Of a stretch of 50,444 nucleotides of DNA, positions 12,117 to 22,959 are shown piece after piece; position 1 is the stretch's first letter; every line of letters begins with the position of its first letter. The DNA comes from Nemertoderma westbladi (lineage: Eukaryota; Animalia; Xenacoelomorpha). The notes under the pieces are model-generated. The model had not been told where the DNA came from and ran no database searches. It saw nothing but the letters and a program-made list of their open reading frames with translations. The position numbers were made by a program, and so were the translations under genes. Location of the stretch: contig JAUCBJ010000436.1 in NCBI GenBank assembly GCA_032718475.1, positions 1-50,444 on the forward strand, given 5' to 3'.

Positions 12117-12667
12117 GGGGGGTAAACTTTAAGCCGTCGGCCGACTGCATTAGCTGACACCATGTCAGCCGACAGCTATTCCGGATTTCCGAAACAAACA
12201 CCCCCCCCCCCCCACCCCACCCCCACCGAGTTACTTACGCTAGGGTCAGTAATAATATATTTTATTACTGACACGAGGGTAAATAATGTGGAAAATAACT
12301 CAAAATGCGGGTAATAAATTTGTTGTCAACCTACTGTATTTTTCGCCTAATAAACCAAATCTTATGGGTCGGTTAACATTTCTAAGCGGGCTTACTTAGC
12401 TGTGGGAGGGGGGGGGGGGGGGGAGATAAAAATGGGGCTTGGTATTTTTGGGGGAATTTGGAGTCCTCCCATTGAACTGAATTAATTAAACCTATAGCAC
12501 ATGGTACCATGTTGCAGGGTTTGAGTGTGGGAGAGGATATCTTATCTTTTAGTTATTTACTTATCTTCTTATTTTTATTATTTTTTGAAAACAATAATTT
12601 ACCGGATTTACAGTTATAAAGTTAAAAATTATCAAAATAGATGGCTGTCGGCTTAATGTTTACACCC
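12117..12667. mobile_element. Small TIR (MITE-like) insertion in the HECT gene
   Basis: Imperfect TIRs GGGGGTAAACTTTAAGCCGTCGGCC and GGCTGTCGGCTTAATGTTTACACCC. Non-coding interior. 12371-12455 resembles 201-270. No clear TSD. Confidence 0.65.
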
Positions 12668-13022
12668 TATTGTATGAAAGCATTGAACCAATAATTGACA
12701 ATGATAGTGATACAGACACATGAGTTTTTACTTAAACAAGAAAACCTGACAATCAACCGCACTACTATTTTTAAAGGTATGATTGAGTTTTTTAAGCACG
12801 AGTGAATTATAGATGTGCCCTTGACGGTAAAGTTCGTAGATGAGATTGGGGCTGACTATGAAGGAATCTCGAGAGACGCTTATACTGGATTCTGGGAGGA
12901 GTTTTTTGACCAAGTGGCTGACGGTGAAAATTACAGAGTACCTGCACTTTTCCCAGAATTTCAGCAGGAAGAATGGAAAAGTGTTGGTCGAATATTAGTT
13001 AAAGGCTTTAAAGATTGTGGCT

Positions 13023-13410
13023 TTTTCCCTTTAATGTTGGCACCAGCATTTGTAATTGCTACTATTCACGGTGAAGATGCTGTAACTAATGAAATACTTT
13101 TAGATTCATTCTGCTCATATCTGTCACCTTCTGATAATGATGTAATACAACAAGCCCTTAATTCCACATTAAATGATGATGAACAGGATGAATTATCCGA
13201 TATTTTAGAACGTTTCTTTTCCCTTTAATGTTGGCACCAGCATTTGTAATTGCTACTATTCACAGTGAAGATGCTGTAACTAATGAAATACTTTTAGATT
13301 CATTCTGCTCATATCTGTCACCTTCTGATAATGATGTAATACAACAAGCCCTTAATTCCACATTAAATGATGATGAACAGGATGAATTATCCGATATTTT
13401 AGAACGTTTC
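13023..13410 (+). repeat. 194-bp tandem duplication causing a frameshift in the HECT domain
   Basis: 13023-13216 is repeated at 13217-13410. The peptide MLAPAFVIAT...DILERF appears twice, with one G/S difference. Confidence 0.95.
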
Positions 13411-14006
13411 GGATACCATTCAGTGATACCTAGTCAAGAAAACATGAAATCAGTAATTATTCAGTCTGCACACAAGCAACTTATTCAACAGAGTAGTTAC
13501 GCGTCTGAGATGATTTCTACTGTAGCTCGGAGCTTCTTTATCAATGAATTACCCCTTGTAGAATCTATAAATTCGCTATATGAATCAAAGAAAGCAACAA
13601 TTCACTCAGTCCTAGGGCTATTTTCAACTGCTATACCATCTACTGAATGTGAGAGCCGATGTTTTAAATTTTTTCAACAATTTATACGGGCTCAGGATGG
13701 TAAAGGTTTAAGAGCCTTACTGAGATTTATGACCGGCTCCGACATTGTTAGTGTTAAAGTGATTTCTATAGAATTCGTGAAATTAGATGGGGCTGCCAGG
13801 CGACCAATAGCGCGTACTTGTGGCCCCGTACTTGTGTTGCCAACGACATATCGATATTACCGCCAGTTGAGGCAGGAGTTTGAATGCATACTTAAAAACT
13901 CACAGGAAACTTTTAAGTTCAATATTATTTAGAATTTGTGATTTATGTACACCTACTGTATATGTACGTAGGTATTTCCAGCAGTTTGTGGGTGTTTACA
14001 GTACCG

Positions 14007-14355
14007 GTAGTTTATAGAAGTTTACAGTAGTTTATAGATGTTTACAGTAGTTTATAGAAGTTTACAGTAGTTTATGGATGTTTACAGTAGTTTATAGATG
14101 TTTAGAGTAGTTTATAGAAGTTTACAGTAGTTTATAGATGTTTACAGTACTTTATAGAAGTTTACAGTAGTTTATAGAAGTTTATAGTAGTTTATAGATG
14201 TTTACAGTAGTTTATAGAAGTTTACAGTAGTTTATAGATGTTTACAGTAGTTTATAGAAGTTTACAGTAGTTTATAGAAGTTTACAGTAGTTTATAGATG
14301 TTTACAGTAGTTTATAGATGTTTACAGTAGTTTATAGAAGTTTACAGTAGTTTAT
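14007..14355 (+). repeat. 20-bp minisatellite (GTAGTTTATAGA(A/T)GTTTACA), about 17 copies
   Basis: Read directly from the sequence. Lies between the 3' ends of the convergent HECT and transposase genes. Confidence 0.95.
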
Positions 14356-14559
14356 TCATGGTTGCAATGTTTGCTTTGTCTAGTAAAGATTAAAAAAGTC
14401 GTTATCCGTGAAACACTTACTTACCTTCTTTAATAAATTTGACTTGGAATATTAATTAAGAACAATTATTACAATTAATAATTGTTAATTAATAACAATT
14501 AATAACAAAGGAGTAGCCCCCCCCCCTTAAAATTCCTATACATAGTAAAAATTCGAAAA

Positions 14560-15822
14560 TCATTCAAGACCCAAATCTTCCAATTGTTCTAGAATTACTG
14601 TGAAAGTTTTAATTGCAGATTCATATGATTGGGGTGCGGCTGGAACATTTCCCAAGAATGGAAGTTCTAGGAGCTCAATAAAGTCGGGATTACAGTCGGG
14701 TGTTACATTACCAACGATTCTATGCGATATGAATTCCAGTTCCGAATGAGATATAGATAATTCTACAGAACAGTCCTTTTTACCATATACTTCAGGACAA
14801 GCATAAAGCACATCGGGGATTCCTCCAATCCAATCAATCTTGCGGTTACGTCGCATTCTGTGTGTGTTCCATGTCTGCATAAAAAAGTTTAGCTGTGTTT
14901 GTATTAGTTCAAAAAAACAATATCTTGCTGTTTGAATGTGGATAGGATTGGTTGTATTATAAAACCCACTATTAACCATACTTTGGAATAGGTCTATCAG
15001 AAACTGAACCACATTAGATCGCAAATCGCGCCAGAATCGCTCAATTCTAGTATTGTATACGGAACTTCCTGTTATTATAGAATTATTTCGCCTTGAATCG
15101 TTACAACTCGACCGCAGTTCTTTGTGGAGGCGTTTAATAATAACATTTTCGGTTCCGGCATCAACTCTAATTAAGTAAGGGAGCCGGCCGCATTCTTTAA
15201 GAAAATTAAAATAAGCACCAACAACAATTTTAGGATCGTTGTTACTCGGCAAGACATTTAACCAGAGTACTCTCCTTGAGAACCCGTCTATTGCCCCATG
15301 AATTGGAAAGCCGTAGGGCTTTAACTTATCATATCCATCAATATGAACCGTGTGATTAGAACCTTTAGAATGGTATCGCGTACGTCGATGAAGTGTTTTT
15401 CGTAAGCGAGATTTTACGCCTTCAGGATCTACATATTTCAAAATAAGTCTAACAGTTTCCTTAGAGACATTAATAAACGATCTGGACCATAATCTTTTAC
15501 AAATTGATCGGTATCCACAATTTATACCACCATACTCAAAAATTTCCACCAATATTCCGGATAATATTTCCTCAAACGAAGTATCGTAATCTCTACTGTG
15601 GAGATTCATATTGGCTTTATATCTTCGTACTGATCTTTCGGATAGAGCAATATTATGAACCGAGTTTAACATAGAGGCTGTCTCCTTAGCGGTGAATTGG
15701 AAATAGAAATAGACAGTTATCAAATCATTTACAGAAAATCTGTTACAGCCTTCAGAAAATGTAAAAGGAAGATAATTATTTTGAGACATTTTAAGTAATA
15801 TTCTAATAATGAGACAATTCAA
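14560..15822 (-). CDS. Integrase-core DDE transposase (IS3EU-like), intact; likely start at the ATG of MSQNN
   Basis: N-terminal HTH-like region (SERSVRR, GYRSI..L, DPEGV). Catalytic motifs HIDGYDKLKPYGFPIHGAIDGFSR, IRVDAGTEN and GSSVYNTRIERFWRDL, plus WNTHRMR. Confidence 0.92.
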   Translation of the reverse strand: MNCLIIRILLKMSQNNYLPFTFSEGCNRFSVNDLITVYFYFQFTAKETASMLNSVHNIALSERSVRRYKANMNLHSRDYDTSFEEILSGILVEIFEYGGINCGYRSICKRLWSRSFINVSKETVRLILKYVDPEGVKSRLRKTLHRRTRYHSKGSNHTVHIDGYDKLKPYGFPIHGAIDGFSRRVLWLNVLPSNNDPKIVVGAYFNFLKECGRLPYLIRVDAGTENVIIKRLHKELRSSCNDSRRNNSIITGSSVYNTRIERFWRDLRSNVVQFLIDLFQSMVNSGFYNTTNPIHIQTARYCFFELIQTQLNFFMQTWNTHRMRRNRKIDWIGGIPDVLYACPEVYGKKDCSVELSISHSELEFISHRIVGNVTPDCNPDFIELLELPFLGNVPAAPQSYESAIKTFTVILEQLEDLGLE

Positions 15823-15984
15823 ATGCAGAATATGTTCAACTCAAAACTGTAATCGGCCTGGCTACCACATCGAATCTTTTTTAAATTGCCCACATTAATA
15901 TTAATTCACAGGTACTGTTTACCGATTCGATAAAAAAAGGTGATCAAGGATACTGCAGCTTCAGTCTGATTGGCTTATTTATAG

Positions 15985-16420
15985 AAACAAACTTGATTTG
16001 ATGTTTGTTGGTAGAGAAACCACTCCAGCCAATTAGATTTGTTTCCCTGAGTTTTGTAAAGTCGTTCGAACGAGTTTGCAAAAGTCGGGAGAACAAAAAA
16101 AAAGATTACAAAAAACAAACTTTTGTTTTCCCGAGTTTTGTAAAGTCGTTCGAACGAGTTTACAAAAGTCGGGTGAACAAAAAAAAAAAGATTACAAAAA
16201 ACAAACTTTTGTTTTCCTGAGTTTTGTAAAGTCGTTCGAACGAGTTTGCAAAAGTCGGGGAAACAAACTTGATTGGATGTTTGTTGGTATAGAAACCACT
16301 CCAGCCAATTAGATTTGTTTTCCCGAGTTTTGTATAGTCGTTCGAACGAGTTTACAAAAGTCGGGTGAACAAAAAAAAAGATTACAAAAAACAAACTTTT
16401 GGCCGCTCAGGGCCACCATA
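15985..16420 (-). repeat. Right TIR with internal tandem modules
   Basis: Reverse complement of the 10449-11020 array with fewer modules. Confidence 0.9.
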
Positions 16421-16426
16421 GATTGG

Positions 16427-18210
16427 ATATCCTCTTTGTTTCTAGAATAAATAACTAAATCATCGGCATAGAATATTAACTTTAGCAGAGAAGCCACATT
16501 CCTAAGAGCAACTGCGAGATCTGCGATAAATATAATGAAGCAGGTGGGACTGAGATAGTCTCCCTGTAAAACGCCTGCAAGCTGTCTAATAAAATTCGAG
16601 GATCGTAGTCCGTCGTTGACACGGAAATAATTGCACAATAAGTCCTTGATGAGATTGTATGTTTTCCCACGAACACCAGCATTATATAACTTATTAAGTA
16701 AAACATTTCTGCTATGGAGGTCGAAGGCTTTTCTAAAATCTACAAATAATGCGTATGTTGTTCTATTTTCTCTCGACGTTGAAGAAAAAGAAAAGAAATA
16801 TCGCGAAGAAGCTGATATATTGCTTGTTTAGTGGATCTTCCCGTAGTAAAACCAAACTGTTCTATTGAAATGAAACCAGACAAAGCATGGCGAATTCTTT
16901 TGTTTATCGTTGACGTCAGGATTTTAAGTAGAACGCAAAGGAGAGCAATCCCTCGGTAATTGTCCAGATTTGTAATTGTACCTTTACCCTTGTAGAGTAT
17001 ATTAAAAATTACACTTTGCTTCTAGATAGATGGAAGATTACCAGATTCAAGGCTAACGTTATAAAGAAGGGTTATTATCGATAAAATAAATGGGGCTGCT
17101 TGTTTTATATGGTCGTAGAAAATACCATCCTGTCCACAAGCTTTATTTTTCGGAAGGTCGGAGATAGTCTCATATATATTTCATCATTTGTGAACTGGTG
17201 GTTGAACCATTCATCGGAGTTCAGCTCCGACTCCATTGTTTCAGGTGGGGGCGGAGCATCGGCAGGGTCGTTGGGGGTTCCAAGGAGCGACGTAAAGTGA
17301 TCCTCAAGCACAGCAGCATCTATAGGAGCTACTGGTGGCTTGAATCCGTGTTTGAAGATGGACCAAGGGGTAAAAATTTAAAAATTCTAAAGATTCATAA
17401 GAAATACGTTTATTAGTTTTTAGAGATTTGTATTGTTTACGGAGGCACCAATAATGCGCGGTATCGTCTTCTGAGATATGTCTTATCCACATTGCAGCCA
17501 GTAGAGATGATTTTAAACTCCTGCAGTCATCATCAAACCAAGGTTTCCCATGAACAATACGAGGGCGAATCAAGTTGGTAGAATCAGTTATTGCATCGTT
17601 TAGGAGTAGCGTAGCTGTATTAATATCTTTATGAGCAACCAAACTGTCAGTTACTTTGGGTAGATTGGGATGCCAAGACATTTTTTCTGCATCTAGTTTT
17701 CTACTATAAGGGTTCGGCCTGCAGTGTTCAGTTACAGAGTTTGAATCAACAGCGATTGTTACAGACACGGACTGATGTATAGGTTGAAACAGTCGGATCA
17801 TTTAAACAAAGAAAGGATAGATTATTTAAGTGATCTACAAGGTCCCTGCCATGATTACCGCTATCCAGTCTACAATTGAAATCCCCAGAAATTACAATAG
17901 GCAAACTATTATCTGTAAACGAAATAGCTTGGTTTATTTGAAAAGTTATATCTTCTAGGGGCGTATCAGGAGTGAAGTAAAACACTGCAAAGAAGCCGAC
18001 ATGAGATTTAATAAAATAATTACTAAATAATTTCGGTCTGATACAACAAATGATGGACTCAAACTCGGTTTACATAGTGCAAGTAAACCCTGCGATGGAC
18101 GTCAGTGAAGAGTAATACGTCAGCGTCGCCACATAGTTCATTATCATCCAAATTGTCGCGAAGAAACTGTAGGCCTTCAACATTCCAAAGAGAAATGTTG
18201 AGGCACAAGT
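16427..18210 (-). pseudogene. LINE ORF2 endonuclease and RT N-terminal part, frameshifted
   Basis: WNVEGL, GDFNCRLD, KPWFDDDC, NYRGIALL, FVDFRKAF, GVLQGD and YADD occur in several reading frames. Confidence 0.88.
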
Positions 18211-18457
18211 TCGTACCTACTGGGGGGGCTGCGATTGGTTACGAGTGTCGGGATAAAGGTTGGAAGAAGGTTGGAAATCCGATGTTAATGGGGGCCACAT
18301 AGCATTGCTGGGAACCGGGGGGCGGGGACGTGCACCATACCGAGTGCGTTCGTCCCCGCGCAAGTGATAATTGCTATATATTAGGACACAGTTTTTATTA
18401 CATTATTTTTTTTAGAGTGTTCTACAGTAGATTGTATAGCAATTAAATAGCCTCGAG

Positions 18458-19288
18458 ACGATGCTAAAACTTGCCACTTCCGAATGCTAATATTCCACTC
18501 AATTTCAATAAGATTCAGAAGGGGGTGGGGTTGTACTGAATTAAGACATAAAAAATATCTTGTATGTATTTTTGATATTATTTTTTGTTATTTATGCTAC
18601 CGTGTTTTTTTTTACCGTGCCTACCATGTTTATTTTTGTTATTTAGTACCGGTAACCTACAGTTCTATAATTTAGCTATTATAGGCTACATGACGCTGAC
18701 GCAGTTTGAATTCTTTTACAGCAGATTCTCTCACTGTCTGGGAGTTGGCTTTGGATTGACTATTTACAAATATGTGTACGAGAGAGCGAAAAAGTAATTC
18801 TTGTAATTAGTTCGGTATGGGAAGGACAAGTGATTACTTGGGATAATTATCATATTATTTGGTTAGAGTCGAAGGTTTTTTCACTTGATAAAATTTAATC
18901 AACGTCGATATTTTCTTTAATCAGGAATCGGAGCTGCGAGATGGTTTTTTTATTGTGAGGTGTCTTTGAGACTGACAAGAAATCGACATCAGCACATTTG
19001 TCGGTAACACGAGAATCACCGCTCTAATGGATCTGTTTGTAATCTACTGGTCATCAATCTTCTGCAAGATCAGCAACTGCTCGATTTGTTGACCAAAAAT
19101 CTCAATTTAGCTAATTTCATTTACAAATGATACTTGGAAAAAACACTAGCTAGCATAAATAACAAAAAATAACATCAAAAATACCAAATATCTTTTATGT
19201 CTTAATTCAGTGCAACCCCACCCCTCTCTGAATCTTAATGAAATTGAGTGGAATATTAGCATTCGGAAGTGGCAAGTTTTAGCATCGT
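18458..19288. repeat. About 100-bp inverted repeat pair inside the P-like element
   Basis: ACGATGCTAAAACTTGCCACTTCCGAATGCTAATATTCCACTCAATTTCA...ACTGAATTAAGACATAAAA (18458-18558) is mirrored at 19189-19288. No TSD seen. Confidence 0.8.
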
Positions 19289-21359
19289 TAAACACCTGCT
19301 TTATTTTGTTATTTAAGTAAACAATTGCATTTGGTCGCAGGCATGGCAGCCTCTATAGCACTTCACCCTAAACCATCCCCCGCCACCACCAACGACTAAT
19401 CATCACATCTGGGCGCTACTAGCATAATTATTAGTCCTGGTGTGGTGATGTCCGTCACTAATAGCTAACTTATACAATATGTATATTATGTATAAAATTT
19501 TAAATCATATTATTATTATGTATTATAGTGCAATTTATATTATGATGGAGGACAACAATAACAAATAATCAATAATAGAGGCTATTAATTACTTTTCAAA
19601 TGTTGTAGTTAAGGATTGAAAGCGAAAAAAAATATTCTGACGCACCCAGTACAGATGAGGGAGGTAAAACAGGCATTACTATGGTATGTATAAGCAAAAA
19701 TTGAAAATTTTAATATGACATTTTCTGTACTTATCTTTTGTTGTTCTAGAAGAAAAATATTTATTCTAGAACATTTTTTTTTTACAAAACTATAGCTAAT
19801 ATGACACAACATTAAAAAAAAGTATAGCAAAAACTAGCAACTACCAAAAAATTCCGGTCATGGGTACACATACTGTAGTATGTAGTAGTGCCTTTCATTT
19901 TTATACACGTTGTAAAACGATTTAAATATAATTTTTAAATAGAATGAGACCCTAGAAAGAGACCTTTTAAATAGAATCCAAATTTTTTCTAAAAAATGTT
20001 CTAGAACAAAAAATATTTGTTCCAGAAGATAATATTTTTAAAAAAGAATAGTTGACATATTCTGCAAAATTTTCTATACAAATAGAAATAAGAACTAGCT
20101 ACTATAAAATATTTATAGAAGGAAGTGGGATGTCGGAACCAGTGTTGAAATTACTATCTAAACCTACCTAAAACACTAGCTACACCATAAAATTTAGAAC
20201 AATAATTTTTCTTGTCCGTTGAAATCACTCATTCTGTCTTCTGATTTTGACTTTTTATGATATAGTTAGTTACATGCACGGAAACAATTATTTAAATCAA
20301 TCGAAAAAATTGTAAATTTTTGCTTATACATACCATAGTAATGCCAAAACAGTAAAACAATATCTATTTCAAATATCTATTTCAAATTTCATGCAATCTC
20401 ATTGAGATTTGTAGAGTAATAATTGGTGGCCAAGTCACTGAATTAAGACACAATATTCCAGGAGATGGCGTAGGTAGGCACCAACGAAGTGGAACTGGTG
20501 GCATTTACCAATAATATATAAAAATAGCTATTAAAATAAGTTGTTTCAAAATTATAATACTTGACTATTGAAATGAATCATAAAAAAATGTTCTAGAAGA
20601 CTTTTATTATAAAATCCTTCAAATATTTGAAAAAATATTTTCAAAACTTGTGCCTACTAAATTTAGTAGGTAGAATGCAGCTTTCATGGTGGTATATTTA
20701 GTAGGTCATGGTCTCGCCTACCCAATTTTTTGTAAGAAATTTTTCTTCATTAGTATAATTTTACATTTCTACACAACCATTTTCTGGTTCCATGCGCCTT
20801 ATTTAAACATTAGCCTTGTAGTAATCAAACACCGCTACATATTACACTCTGATTGTAAGTTACTTTCATTTTAATAATACCTTCCATAGGCCAACACTGT
20901 TACTACTACTACAGTCCAGTAGGGCCTACTCCACCCTTACAGTCATTGAACAATGGTCCTTTAAGGTATGCGGTTGGCTTTTCAACCCAGTAACCAAGTT
21001 GATCGATTTCCATGCCTGGGATGATTGCCTGCTGTCATCAGCATCATTGATGGCATCAATCTGTTGGTTTATTACTTTATTAGCTCCTATAGATTAACAG
21101 AGTACTGCCTGTTGAGGGACCTAGATGAAGCCTTAACTGCATTATTGGCCACTGTAGTCTGTTTGAGTCCTGACTCTTTCTGCGCCTTATAAAGGTCATT
21201 TCGGCACTTCTGAATTTTGTTGTCAGTCCAGGGGGCCCTTTTCCTTTTCCTAAATAAATCACAGCATGGGGTGTACATTGATAATGTACAGCGCTGCTGC
21301 CAATGGCCACTTATTATTATCAACTTATGTTGTGTATAAAATCGAATGGTAACAAGTAA

Positions 21360-22800
21360 ATTCGCCAACAATGCGCCAGGATATGAATGGTCAAAGTCTT
21401 TCATTAAGCGACAATCTCATCTCTGTTAATGAATGACACAGAATATCAAAAGGAGTCGTGCTAAACTTTCACTGACAGTTTAGTGAAGGAATACTTTGAC
21501 AATTTAAAAGAATCATTGAAAGATGTCCCTCCTGAAAATATTGTCAATTATGACGAAACGAATCTTGCAGATAATCCTGGTGCAAAGAAATGTGTTTTTA
21601 AGAGAGGCACAAAGTACCCTGAGAGAGTAATAAATCACAGCAAGGGGTCTACATCGATAATGTACAGTGCTGCTGCCAATGGCCACTTATTATCAACTTA
21701 TGTTGTGTATAAAAGAGTCAACATACAGTATATGATTCTTGGACAGAAGGTGGCCCTACAGGAACATGTTACAATCGAACTAAGTCAGGTTGGTTCAATG
21801 CTGTGGCCTTCCATGATTTTTTTCATTAAAGTCATCTTGCCTTATTTTCGTCATAAGGAAGGTACTAAGATACTGATTGGAGGACAACCTGCAGACTACC
21901 ATATGTTCGGTATCGGTTTATATTGCTCCCAGCGAATTCAACCCTTTTAACCCAGTCGCTAGATGTGGCATATTTTGCCCCTTTGAAGCGAGCTTGGCGA
22001 CAAATCCTAACCCAATGGAAGCAAAGTACTATAGCAGAGGTCGCAAAGAAACAAACATCCCCAAAGATGAGTTTCCTAAGCTTCTAAGTCAACTCACACT
22101 TAAACTGGGAGAAACAGGTAGAGATATTGTAAAGGCTGGTTTCAGAACCACTGGTATTTATCCACTCAATGCCCAGGAGGTACTGAAGAAGTTGCCTCAT
22201 GAGACACCAGGTGGGACCAGTGCAGAAACGAGTGATAATACGTCTGATTCGCTGGTAACATTTCTTAAAGTTATAAGATATGGAGACAATGGAGTTCCCA
22301 AGAAGCATAAAAGAAAAAAGAAACTACAAGTTCCTGCTGGAAAGAGTGTTAGATGTTCTGATTTGGCATCATCAGACAGTGAGGAAGTAGCAGAACCAGA
22401 ATATGAAACCGATTCTACAGGTAGTACAGGAAGCTATAGTTCTGGTGAGAGTTCCAAAGTTGAGGACGAACAAGGAGATAGTTCCGAATCTCAATCTGAA
22501 GGAAATATTAGCACCATTAGTATTGGAAATATTAGCATTGGAGACTGGTTAGTCATAAACTTCGCACTTATCAGGAAAAAGTTATATGTTAGAACTGTTG
22601 CAGAGGTTTTAACTGATCAGGAGACAGGCAACCCTTTATACAAAGGGCAGTTTATGCATATACAAAGGGGAAAGCAGTTTCCTACCTTTATCAAACCCGA
22701 ACACCCAGATATGTGTTTTCTATTTCAACAAAATAAAGGAGAAAATTTCTCCTCCTGCCTGACCTCGGTCCACGCAATTCATTTGTATTCAAGGGTTTAG
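21360..22800 (+). pseudogene. Decayed pogo/Tigger-like (DDE_1) transposase
   Basis: PGYEW, NIKRSRA, IVNYDETNL, YVVYK, SGWF and AGFRTTGIYPLN motifs, with frameshifts. Confidence 0.8.
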
Positions 22801-22959
22801 ATGTCTCCCAAGAGCTTGGATCTTATGCCTTCTTTTAATCTATGAATTGGCTTCTTTAGAGGTGTTAACTGTGAACTATGACTATAACTAACTTTTCACG
22901 TACCGTTATGAAGATATCACATTGTATTGTACACTCCATTGTATCACCAGGTTCAATCT

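Larger units (their letters stand above)
11309..13932 (+). pseudogene. Transposon-borne HECT-type E3 ubiquitin ligase-like gene, disrupted
   Basis: N-terminal ORF 11309-12157 (IEIGW..QIRTSKGGGTR..LFYPNG). HECT motifs VKFVDEIGADYEGISRDAY, VGRILVKG, LLRFMTGS and RPIARTCGPVLVLPTTY (catalytic Cys kept). Broken by a TIR insertion, an in-frame TGA near 12802 and a 194-bp duplication. Confidence 0.85.
10449..16420. mobile_element. IS3EU-like DNA transposon (integrase-fold DDE) carrying a HECT-domain gene
   Basis: TIRs start TATGGTGGCCCTGAGCGGCCAAAAGTTTG and end CAAACTTTTGGCCGCTCAGGGCCACCATA. Perfect 6-bp TSD GATTGG at 10443-10448 and 16421-16426. Two convergent genes. The superfamily name comes from recalled IS3EU traits (TAY..RTA ends, 6-bp TSD). 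Confidence 0.9.
5911..18367 (-). mobile_element. APE-type non-LTR retrotransposon (CR1/L2 group, possibly Daphne-like), ORF2 region, interrupted twice
   Basis: Endonuclease motifs (ISLWNVEGL, ISGDFN) at about 17750-18200. RT motifs (GVLQGDYLSP, FYADD) at 16430-16640. Thumb region (KTKIVKFRKGG, YEYLGITL) at 9926-10448. C-terminal Cys/His knuckle (CRFC..H..CP) at 6083-6388. Frameshifted. The ends rest on a tentative TSD TAATT(A/G)CTATATAT at 5897-5910 and 18368-18381 and a T-run at 5920-5933. Confidence 0.85.
5365..20710. mobile_element. P-superfamily (Galileo-like) long-TIR non-autonomous element hosting nested insertions
   Basis: About 300-bp inverted repeats at 5365-5822 (with a roughly 150-bp insert) and 20405-20710. 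Ends are CATGACCTACTAAATATAC / GTATATTTAGTAGGTCATG. GTCTCGC is duplicated at 5358-5364 and 20711-20717. A 9-bp TSD (GGTCTCGCC) with ATG..CAT ends also fits formally. Confidence 0.8.

Noticed and set aside
14560-15822. Possible bacterial IS3 or retroviral integrase (contamination or LTR element)
   Set aside because: It is bounded by TIRs with a TSD inside a eukaryotic LINE, linked to a HECT gene, and has no LTR, gag or RT of its own.
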